A DNA stretch of 64,000 nucleotides from Lama glama (lineage: Eukaryota). Shown one piece after another: positions 52,796 to 64,000 of the stretch. The position numbers and the translations under genes were made by a program. The notes under the pieces are model-generated. The model saw only the letters and a program-made list of their open reading frames with translations, was not told the DNA's origin and did no database searches. Numbering within the stretch: position 1 is the first letter of the stretch; each line of letters begins with the position of its first letter. Location of the stretch: NCBI GenBank assembly GCA_028534125.1, contig CM052817.1:83082001-83146000 (forward strand). Reading direction: 5' to 3'.

Positions 52796-55169
52796 AATAA
52801 TATATCCCAGCAAAAAAAAAGAAATGTGAGTAGATATCAAGCCTCTGAGTTAAAAATTATTTTAATGGAGAAAAAATTATTTTAACTGAAAGGCATTGAT
52901 TGACCATGCTATGATCAATGGTACCACTACTGAAAAGTCAAATAATCAAAAGCAGGTCATGCATAATCTTTAAGGGAGGGTGCCATGAGTTTTAAAGTTA
53001 GAAGAAAAACAATCATGGATAGATAAATCTCAAATTTACTCTTCCTAGTTCATGATTCCTAAATTGCAGCTAGTCCATCTAACAATCACATATTATATAC
53101 CCGTTATTATACAGAGAGCAATGAGGTATAATAACATGGCCACTTTCCTCAATACATTTTGGTGAAAGAAAAATCTATCCCTAGAAGGAACTGATAATTA
53201 AGTGATAGACATGAACTCAAAATGGGAATTCTGTAAAAAGAATAACCAATCTAGAAGGAAAGACTAAGAATAACAAAACAGGCCTTGAGCTAAGCTTTGG
53301 AAAGTAGAAAAAGCTGAAGTAAGCAGGCCTCCCAGGTAGAGAGGAAAACGTGGGCAGTCAGCAAGCACGCACAGATATGTTCTTACTGGCTGGGAAAGAG
53401 TGACAAGGTCAAAAGTGACACTGAGGAGACCGGTGGCCCTATGACTGAGGTTAGTTTTATGTTCCTCCTTGTTTCTCTTCAAAATGGAAATGTGTTTTCA
53501 CTTTATGTGAAAGGGAGAGAGATGCTTTGATTGATGACACTCTCACAGAGATGTCAAGGCTTCATGAAACAACCCTGAATACCATCCAGTTCTCTTGATA
53601 TCTTGTACCCTGGTTTCTTTTCTTCCTTCGTGTTAAATTACTATAGACATTTGCATGAAAAGGGGATCTTTGTTCCTGAGAGTTCATCTGCTCCAGTAAC
53701 CATTTACTCCTCACTTCATTGTCACTCATCTTCTCAGCAAAGAGAGGGTGACGACTCAAAGTACAGACTAGCAGCCTGAGCAGACATGCTCCCAAGGACC
53801 AGAGGCTCTGTTGTCATGTAAATCAGCTCAGAAATAAAAGGGAAGAGAAGTTCAGAGAATAGGTTTTAGAAGCAACTAAATAAAATGGTTTCCATGGGGG
53901 CAACAGTGGCTCTTTAATATTTATCAGTGTCACTGGGTTCTTTCTGCAACAGTAATTCATCATCATAAAGCCTATTTCCACATAGCTTCTTGGGCATTGT
54001 ATCCAGTGAGGGTACTCCCCTAAAAAAGGCCACTGCTAATGGTTCTTTTGGTTTCACAATGCTAGATTCACGCTAATGGAGAAGATGAGCAAAACACAAG
54101 AGGATAGAAATAGCACATTTTTCACAAGGAAAACTTAAGTTGAGCTGTGGATCATAATAAGGACCTTCAGAATTTAAAATGGAAATTTATTATCGCACTA
54201 ACCCTATGTGTCATGGATTTATGGGAGACCATCCACGTGTGGATAAAATGGTAAAGAATGAAATTTGACACATTTCACAAAAATTCTCTTTGCACAACAT
54301 GAATTTCATTATACTGAAATGTGCAGCAAGGAAACATGCACAACAGACTGTAAGAAAATGTTTACTTATCTGCTTTAAAGGTGTTTAATGTGTACGGTTA
54401 AGAGAAAAGAGTCTTTAAAAGTTGCTGTCAGCAGCTACTCATCTGACGGACAGATTCCTTAGCAAAGGCTAAGGGAATGAGTAACCCTGGAAGCCGTGCA
54501 TGCATGCATGAATGCCACAGCAGTTTTAAGTGAGCGCTGGGTAAATTTCACCCAATGAACTCCTTCTAATGGTAAACAACTTCACTATTGTTTAAAAGAA
54601 CCACTAAAGGAAACTAAAAGCTATTGAGGGGACAAGGGAAGCTGAGAGAACAAGGTTGGACGCTTGGAAGTTATATCACCCTTTCCTTCAAAAACCAGCT
54701 CAACTTTTCCCTGAGTCAAAGAATCCAGACAAGATGGAAAACAAAGGCCATTATCTTACCTTTAGAGTCACTGAGAGAGCAACAAGAGGAAATTATAGGC
54801 CAAGAGAAGTTTTCTTTGCTGTTGTTTTGGTCCCTACCCTCCATCCCCATCACCGCTCACCATTGCTTGCCTTGCCCAGTGTCAGATGTACACATTAGGG
54901 AGACGTAGCTTGAAACAGGTGTGCACCAACCAGCTACCTCCTAGAGTCATCTTAAAGTCAAAGGATCGCAAAATCCTTGGAGACCCCTTAAGGGACTCTC
55001 TCGGCTAATGTAAATTTATGCTGAGAGAACCCCATGACTAGAGAATGTAATTTTAAAAAAGTAGAGCAATGCCAGATTCATCTGGAAGCTAGAATAATTT
55101 GTTCCTGAATCATCTTGCTTTATATAGGGTCTTCCATCATTGGCTTAGATCTCATAATCAAAAAATAAT

Positions 55170-56575
55170 CACACATTCTTGTCTCTCAAATCCGAAAGAA
55201 CTGAAACTGAATTTATTATCTTCTTCCACCAAATCGGTCTCTTTCTCATGTTCTCTTGCTCAAGAATTGTCACCTTCATCTGCCCAGTCACCCAGACCAG
55301 GAACCCTGAGGGTATCCCTGAGTGTTCCCTCACATGCAGCTATCAATTTTTGTTCATTCTATTGCTTTAGAATCTCTTTTATAATCACCCCCGGCTGCTT
55401 CTGCCCTAGTTAAGAACTTTATTTCTCATCTATACCACTGAGGTAACTCAGTAACATTTCTTTTAACCCCTAGACTTATTCCTATCCAATAAATCCTCCA
55501 CACTGCTATCAAGGTATTCATTAGAAAATACCCATAGTCACCCCTCCCTACCTATAGTATAAAATGCAAAATCATCCTGATTTGGTCCTCCTATGACAGT
55601 CCATGCTCACATCCTACCCTCTCACCTGGCTCCTCTGTGCCAGCTATGTTAAACTACTGTTTGTTCCCTGAACTTGGCTTCTTCTCTCCTGCCTCCCTGT
55701 ACTTCACAAGTGGTCCTCTGTCCTCCCATTGGCCCACCCAATGTGCCCTTCAGGTCTCAGGTGAAGCACGTTCTCCTCTACGACGTCCTTCCTGATGCAG
55801 AGCCAGGACCCTCTCTTCCATCATTTCATCATACCCTTCTGTTCAGCACTTCACATTGCTAAAAACAGAAACTCACTTGGGCTGCAAATCAATGGGCATC
55901 TGTTGTAAGACAGGAGTATAAACAAGGAAGAGAGGTCCCAGAGGAATGCCAGAACCCCCACCCACCCAGGCCTCAGGAAGAATGTTCAGTGAACCAAGAG
56001 TTCAGAGAGAGAACAGCATGGAGGACCCAGGGCAGTTCTCATGACTTGCATCAGAAGCAAGAATATGTTAAGCCCTTGACTCATGCCCTGTCATTATTAT
56101 ACCAGAGTCTTCCAACTTCTGTTCCCATTATCGACTGCATGACTTTTTCTATATACTGAGTTCAAACCATTTGGAAGAGAAGATTGTACCAATGCAATGA
56201 GGGACCATGATCTCTACTGAAGCATTCTTTCCTACCCTTTTCCCCACAGGGCACTGACTGTGCTGTGTGGGGCTGGGTTGAGTCATCTGTGGCCAGAGTA
56301 GCAAGCCCATTGGGCAGAAGCATGGTAATCCATGATGAAGGAATCGCAGAAAGGGGCTATGGGTGGCAGCATTCTGAAACTTGGAATGTCCAGTACTTGT
56401 ATATAACATAAAATAAACTTCTCTGCACTTGCTTGCCTGGTTGTACAATTATCTTCCAAAAAACTGTGAACTCCTTGTGAAAACCTTTATACCCTGAGCT
56501 CCAGATCGTCTGTAAGTTTCCACTTTAGGAATATAGCAGGTACACAATAAATATTTGCTAATAAATGAATCAATT
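55170..56575 (+). mobile_element. L2 fragments with a probable nested old MaLR LTR (~55860-56400)
   Basis: Pyrimidine-rich L2 body (CTGAAACTGAATTTATTATCTT, TCCTCCACACTGCT, CCCTTCAGGTCTCAG) and tail CAGGTACACAATAAATATTTGCTAATAAATGAAT; the middle segment begins AAACAGAAACTCACT like MLT1J/K. Confidence 0.6.
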
Positions 56576-56979
56576 AAGGATGCACATGCAAAAGTTCATT
56601 ATTATGAAAATTGTTCTAAGTATCTTATTTTTACACCCCATTTAGCTGAAGCACATTATCCAAATCTGCATTGTAAGTCTCCTGGAAAACCACTGAGTGA
56701 AAACAACCTCAAAGCACACAAAGAACTCACACCAAAAACAGCAGTTCTGGTGTGCCTAGAAGACCATGGAAGTATAGAACATCCAGATTGGAAGTGCTCT
56801 GAGAACCATGGTCTTGATCCTCCATCCATCAGGACACACAACCTGGTACTATTTACGTGAGTAGCACACTGCTCCAAAGGTAAAGGGGACCACAAGCCAT
56901 GTTCAGTGTTATGCAAAATTCAAGTCCACTTCTTTGTTTCCCACAGATTCATTTCTCAGTTGAGACACTTGATAATATG

Positions 56980-57095
56980 TTGAGATTAGGAAACCTGAGG
57001 CTTTAGAAGATAAGTTGGTTGTTCAAGGTCACACAGCTCCTTAATGGCAAAGCCAGATTCCAGGCTTCCTCATCAGTCCGATGTTCTTTTCTGGT
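56980..57095 (-). mobile_element. MIR fragment
   Basis: GGAAACCTGAGGCTT..TTCAAGGTCACACAGCT..AATGGCAAAGCCAG. Confidence 0.7.
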
Positions 57096-58530
57096 TCTCT
57101 GTTTAGCATAACTCAGTCCCAAAGGCCCAAAATAAGTTTTAACCTAATACTTTCATCTAAATGTTTGCTTTAACCATTTGCCACCAGAGGCAAGACAAAC
57201 CTATCTACATAATAGAGAACTCAGCAAATTGTATTTAAGGGAAAACACCCATTTGCAAATAATGTAGAGGCAAGGCTAAGAGCAGGGACCCAGGAAGAAC
57301 TACAATTCTAAGAAATTCTTCTGTAATTCAGTGAGTTGATCATTCAATAAATTGACTTTTGGCATACTGACCTACAACCAGTGCCTAAACATACATGTAA
57401 GCCATTAAATTCTCAGTTCACATAAAATTGTGCATGATATAAAGTACAATAATTATTCTTTCTCAACTTAGTTATGTTTGATTGCTTTACAATTTAAAAA
57501 ATACCAGATACCCAATTAATTTAAGTCCATTGTTTTCCAGGCTTTTAAGTTACAAATCAGCAAATTTCTGCTATACATACACTTATCATACCTGTGGTAA
57601 TTGAGAGCAGAACCTAGTGGCTTACTAATAGCAAGCACATGAAGGGGAATATGAAATGTTGATTGCACTCATGGATCAAAACAAGAACCTGTGGCATGTG
57701 ACGTGTTTGGAATTTAAACTAAGAGCTGATGAAGATCAACATCAAAAGAAAATTTAACTTAATTACTATGGATTATATGTTAGCAGAATCCAGAGTAAGA
57801 GAACAAGAAAATGAAACTAAGAAATAAAAATGATCAAAACATTGGCCTACACTCCAATAAAAATGTATACTGCATTTTTTCACTCACTTATCTTAGCACA
57901 GTTACTACTTTCTTAAATCACCAAGCTAAAAGCCAAATTTATACTACTTTTTTACTAGATGAGTACATGTGAAATATAAATATACATTAATGCAAAGAAA
58001 ATCATTAAATCAAGAAAAAGAAAAGAAAGAAGGTAAACCCAGCTTCTCTTTCATTCACTCTTTCTTACCACTTTTTGGGAAATCCAGTTTCATCCAAATC
58101 TCCTGTGTTTCTCCAGGACAGTACCTGCAGCAGAGAGCAGAGGACTCAGTAAACAACCGGGGCATTCTGACTATTTCTGCTTCATTCTTTCACATCAGGT
58201 TATCACTCTCAAAACTCTTTGCCTTTTGGTTGGCTGTTATCTTCTTTCTTTTCTAGAAAAGTCATTTCTAAGAACCAGCTCCTGTTTTTCTGCTTTCCAA
58301 CCTACTGACTTATTTAGGTCTCATGAGAATCCAGAGGAACTCCTTCACACCAGGAAACACTAGGACACTAGACCTCATCCACACTCCTCCCCAGGCTGAA
58401 GACGGTATTTTCTTGAATTTATCCTAAGACTGTCACACACCTTCCGAACCATGCATCTGACTTTCCAGAGGGAACCACTTACCCTCTGCCTTCCAAGAGG
58501 AAATGATCCACAAAGCATGCCTACTGGTAC

Positions 58531-58682
58531 TAGGGCTTCCAGATAAAATACAGGTATCCATTTATCTGAATTGCAGATAAGCAGTGAATACTTTTTAATA
58601 TAGGTATGTTCCATGCAATATTTGGAACTTATCTGTAATTCACATTTAACTGGGAAACCTGTATGTTTATTTGGTAACTCTC
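58531..58682. mobile_element. hAT MITE MER53 (internally deleted)
   Basis: TAGGGCTTCCAGATAAAATACAGG ... TTTAACTGGG..CCTGTATG..TGGTAACTCT; palindromic structure. Confidence 0.85.
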
Positions 58683-61600
58683 ATCATCATAACAATCGTA
58701 ATTGTAGCCCTCTCTCCTTTTGAAGGATCCTATTTCATTTTCTCTTCTAGGTTTTTTTTCACCCTTGAGTAACAGTTCATCCCTAGGCTACATAATTATT
58801 TTATATTTCTTTTGAGGGATTTCCTATGCCAGATACAAATGTGTATGCGTGAGTACAATGTGCATGTATATGTAGTCAGGAAAAGGTTGACACTGATAAC
58901 CACAATAACATAGGGCTAAAGTACAAGGCTACTGCCAAGCCTCCCTCAAGGACTTGCTGATAATTTTTCATGTCATCCAACAGAAATTTGCCCAAAACAG
59001 TCCTTTATTCTCTAATTTATGTGAACACAGCTCTTAAGAAGATGGTTCTGGGGAGAAGACCTTTGTTGGTAAGGCTTACCGTGCAATGTGAATTGGTAGT
59101 CAGTTTCAAACATAAGTTGTCAACCAGTAAATAAAAATTGCCCAGATTTAGACTTGGCATAGTAAAGTCCCAAACTAAATACTCTGCTGTAAACATCTCA
59201 CCTGTCTAAAACTGTACACATTTTGTCAGTACTCTAAGTGCAGGAAAGAAGAGAAGCCAATAATTTCTGTCTCTCTCAATCATCTTTATTTTCCCTTATA
59301 CTTTCTATTTGCATTGAAGCTAAAGAACAGAGAAGAGCCAGAAAGAAAATGCTATGTCATGTACATACATACACACTTTTCAACTTTTAAGAAAAAAAAA
59401 CCATATATATATATATATATGTATAGGAAAGTACACATTGAAATGCCAGTTCATCCAAAATAATCAGGAAATCATGGATTCTCTTGGCGAATGTATGGAC
59501 GAGAATGATTTCCTTAAAAACCAATTCTATTTCTCATTTATCCTGAAGACACACCCAGAATGCCAGAAGCCAAAGTGGCCTAGAAATAATGCCTGCTTTT
59601 CCTTTCTTCTAAAGACCCAAGAAACTCCAAGGTTGATGACTCCTGCGATGGGAGCTGCTTCCATTCTAGGTTGCCTATGGCCAGACTGTAGGGAAGTTAT
59701 TCAGGGAAAGAAGGAAAAGTGACTCTTTCCTATTTTCTCCTAAAGAGGACAAAAATACCTAAGCACCCAATGTGTAGAGGACACATCTGCAATATGTCCC
59801 AGAGAGTGATGTTCTTTAAGGCTCTGAGATGTGCATTTTATAAGATTTAATCTAATTCTTATGTGAGTAGTGACTTAAGAGAATATATGCAGAGATAATA
59901 AATATCAGGCCTCAAACTGAAGCATCTGACAAATAATCAACACTTTTACAAGCAACTTAATTTTCATTCAAGCTGTCATCTCCATGAGTCTGTGGGAAAT
60001 TTATGGCCCATGCCAAAATTTAGAGGTGCTACAGACAGCACCAAGGGGTTGGGAAGCCATGGTTAACTATAGTTAACCGTTAAGCAAATTAGTGGGTCTG
60101 CTGCACACAAATTATCACAGAAATATCTAGTGACCCTCTCAGCTGGCCTCTTCATATCCAACAACCCTCTGATGATTTCTATCAGGTTTGGAAAATTTTC
60201 GCAAGGTTGCCTACAGTCCTGCCAACCTAGATGCCCCTCAACGCCTCTGCTCCCTAAGATCTAGCCAATATGCTGCCAAAAATCTGGGCAGGTCTACTGT
60301 GTTCTCGGGGCCATAAACCTCCCCCTTTCTCCTTCTCTAAAGAAATACAAATGGTATAGAAGAGGAAGTTCCTTCCCATCTCCTAATTCTTTAAGATAAT
60401 TATTTCATAGCCAGTAATTACCATGCATTAAGCCCTTAAGACTTGCAGATTATTTACATTGTTTGTTCTACCACAAGCTTCCCTGAGGTTAGGCATTACA
60501 CAACCACTATCCACAGGCAGGAGGAGGTCATGGGATGAAGGGGAACAATGCAGAGAGGAAAAAAACTCAGGTGTTTTGATATCTCAAAATACCATAGAAC
60601 CAGATATCTAAGTGTAAGCTCAACTAGGAATCTCTAGCTTTAAAAGAGAGAAAAACGAGCCACGATTGTTCTAAAATCAAAGCTCTCATTTCCATGTCTT
60701 TTTAAAATGTTTGACCTCAAAACACTTCACTGCAGAGAATATTTTTGAAGAGTCAGTGGCTGACCAAAAGGTAATTTTCAGGAGTACACAAAAATAGGAT
60801 GTCCATGTTGGTTTCATAAGGTGATGATATCAACATGTAAAAGATAAATATATCAAAATACAGTGTGACATAATCCACCGACATTAAATGCAGAACTGGC
60901 ATCTTTTTTTCTATTAAGGATGGAAATAGTAGTCAATATGAAAGGAGCATATGACTCTTCACATTCTGGCAGATTTACAAACCAATAAACATCACACCAA
61001 AGCTCTTTTTAGCACACACACACTGGCGAATTTTTATTCTAAGAGAATTCTCTTTTGGTTCTAATATAAAAATTGCCCAAGCAAATCAAGTTGGGCAGGA
61101 TGAAGCTGCAGATTTTTGAAGTGTGAGGTGTTTTACACTTACATGAAAATAGAGAAGTGGACCCCACTTGATGAGGAGCTTTAGTTTGGCTTCCCACCAT
61201 AGAATAGTCTTCCAAAGAGCAGTTCCAGGGAATGCATTTGCAAAGGGAAGAATGTGACTGAATAGGACTGGGTAGTCTTGTTCTAGATGTGCAAGTGGTC
61301 AGCAGGGACACAGAAGGCTTCCAGCTGGCCCCGATGGATGACGTGGTGTGATATACCATCCAATGACCAGATTCTACGACCACCTAGTGAATGGAACGTT
61401 TCAAAGGCAAACTCCCTGGACGTGCTTTGCTGAAAATATGAATGGCTTGTTTTTGCCTAAGCTTCAGACATGCCAGATACAAAATGATGAGATCAAAGTC
61501 CACATGAGAAGAGAAAACAGAAAACTGAAAAAGAAGAAACTCACAAGAATGAAGAATGGGAAAAAAAATTTTAAAAGAGATTTTACAAACCTCTATTAGG

Positions 61601-62398
61601 TTGAAGAGTGAGCCTGAAAGATGTAGGGAAGAGCTATTTAGCAAGAACTTTTTAAATCCCAACTAGGGCATGAGCTTAGAGTTCTGTGGTAAAGAACAAT
61701 GCAGCAGAATGCTCAAAATGACCTCACGGGCCTCTCGGATTACTCCATGATGCAAAAGTCATGTGTGTCTGGCGTGTGTCCACCAAGGCTGGAGCACGTG
61801 TGATGGGACAACCTGGCATGGCACTGCCTGGTGCCACGTGTGAGGAAGGCAGAGCATGTTTGAAGATAATGAACTTCTATTTTTAAAATGTGAGATTTAC
61901 TGTGACTCTTAATCCTCCTTTGGAAGTCTACTTCTTTATTTCTTTATTCTTACCAGCATGTTTAAGTTTTGGTATATTTTTTAAAAATGACATTATTCCA
62001 AGCAAATAAAGAGAGAGACAGAAAAGACTGAGTCACAAGAGTTTCTGATGTTTGCTGAAGCATCTGGAGAGGAGAACAGGGACACAGTGATTCACATAGG
62101 CAAATATTATCTGATTAACATAAAAGAGGAGTTTTCCCCAAAATATTATCAAGATGCCTTTTGTACTCAATGCGTCCATAAGAAAATACGACATTTCCTT
62201 AGTGGCCTGCAGATTAAGTCATACTCTCCTTGGTCACAGGAAAGTAGGACCAACTAGGTGCTGTTCCCTGCCTTTCTGTGTAACCCCCTTTATACCTAGA
62301 GCAGCACTCCAACCACTCCTCCCGTATCCAGTTTTATCTCTCTCCAAACTTTTCTTCACATTGCAACCAGAGTGCTCTTTCAAAAATGCAAACCTAAT

Positions 62399-63646
62399 AA
62401 ACACTAAAAACATAATCATGAAAGAAAAAATTGATAAGATGGACTTAATTAAAATTTAAAACTTCTGTTCTGCAAAAGACACTGCCAAAAAAAAAAAGAA
62501 AAAGAAAAGAAAACAAGACACAGACTGGGAGAAAATATTTTGCAAAAGACACATCTTATAAAAGACTCTTATCCCAAATAACTCATAAAAATTCAAAAGG
62601 AACTCTTAAAATTCAACAATAATGAAACAAAGAACCTGACTTAAATATGGGCCAAAAACCTGAACAGACACCTCACCAAAGAAGATATACAGATGGCAGA
62701 TAAGCATATAAAAAGGTGCTCCGCATCACCTGTCATCAGGGAAACGCAAATTAAAAGAACAATGAGATACCACCACACAACTAAGAGAACGATCAAAATC
62801 CAAAACACTAACACCAAATGCTGGAGAAGACAGGAGGCAACAGGAACTCTCACTCACTGCTGGTGGGAATGAGAAACAGTACAGATACTTTGGAAATTAG
62901 TTTGGCAGCGTCTTACGAAACTAAACACACTGTAACTACACAATCCAGCTCCCTGGTATTTATCCAAAGTAGCTGAAAATATATTCACACAAAAACCTAC
63001 ACATGGATGTTCGTAGCAGCTTTATTCATAACTGTCAAAATTTGGAGGCAGTCAAGATGTCCTTCAGTAGGTGAATGGATAAATAAACTGTGGTACATCC
63101 AGACGAGGGAATATTATTCAGCGTTAAAAAGAAATAAGCTATCAAGCCATGAAAAAACACAGAGATACTTTAAATGTACACTACTGAGTGGAAGAGGCCA
63201 ATCTGAAAAGGCTGCATATTGTATGATTACAACTATATGACATTCTGGAAAAGGCAAAACTACAGAGACAGTAAAAAATATCAGTGGTCGTCAGGGGGTG
63301 GGGATGGGGGGAAAAGAACACAAAGAACATAGAGAATTTTAGGGTAGTGGAAATACTCTGTATGATACTATAATGATGGATACATATCATTATACATTTG
63401 CCCAAACCCATAGAGCATACAACATCAAGAGTGAATCTTAATGTAAACTACGGACTTAGGGTGATTATAATGTGTCAATGTAGGTTCACCAATTATAACA
63501 AATGTACTACTCTGGTAGGGGATGTTGAGAGTAGGGGAGGCTATGCACGTGTGGGTCAGTGCATACATGGGAAATCCCTGTATCTTCTGCTGAATTTTGC
63601 TAAAACTTCTCTAAAAGAATAACGCTTTAACAACAACCACAGCAAC
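62399..63646 (+). mobile_element. L1MC1/2-like 3' end inserted into an L2 fragment
   Basis: ORF2 C-terminal peptide MFVAALFITVKIWRQSRCPSVGEWINKLWYIQTREYYSALKRN and L1MC-type 3'UTR. Candidate TSD AAAATGCAAACCTAAT (62383-62398) / AAAATGAAAGCCTAAT (63647-63662). L2-like sequence on both sides. Confidence 0.9.
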
Positions 63647-64000
63647 AAAATGAAAGCCTAATCAGAAACCCACTGCTAACTTAAGAAAATGCCCTTTCCA
63701 TGGCTCTTAGTATGAAATCCATTATACAAAACATGATTCATGCCTAAGCCTTACCTCCTCAGCCTCACACTGCCCTTTTCTGCCCATTGTGACTCAAACT
63801 CACCTTTTTGTCCCTTAGATTTCATCATAAATACGTACTTGTCCAAGAATGTATTATTTTAAAATATGTGTTTATCACTAGTCTTGATATCCATGACAAT
63901 AAAGATTTCATATTCCTATATATTAAGCTACTTGGAAGCAGAACAAAAATTTGATCCTAGGCTTCTTGCCTTCAACACCATTGTACTTTTTTTAATTGAG

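Noticed and set aside
53562..53795. Protein-looking ORF ..MSDNEVRSKWLLEQMNSQEQRSPF..
   Set aside because: No convincing splice sites or recognisable homology; length is within chance expectation.

Overview
AT-rich mammalian nuclear DNA, most likely from a camelid (camel, alpaca or llama), based on a Vic-1-type tRNA-derived SINE at 9358-9536 and a young cetartiodactyl-type L1 3' end at ~34115-34324. I found no supportable protein-coding gene, structural RNA gene, CRISPR array or CpG island. The supplied ORFs are short chance ORFs or decayed L1 ORF2 pieces. The window is a mosaic of ancient and lineage-specific repeats: L1, L2, MIR, ERVL/MaLR LTRs, one ERV1 solo LTR, and hAT and Tc1/mariner DNA-transposon relics. 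Repeat-poor unique stretches lie between them and look like non-coding regulatory DNA. L1 orientation and an excess of A-runs on + suggest an intron of a minus-strand transcription unit. The best speculative lead is a minus-strand spliced non-coding transcript starting in the ERV1 LTR (about 15.4 kb to 10.5 kb). Repeat family names come from remembered consensus sequences, not a database search, and most boundaries are approximate. No novel biological system is demonstrated by the sequence alone.
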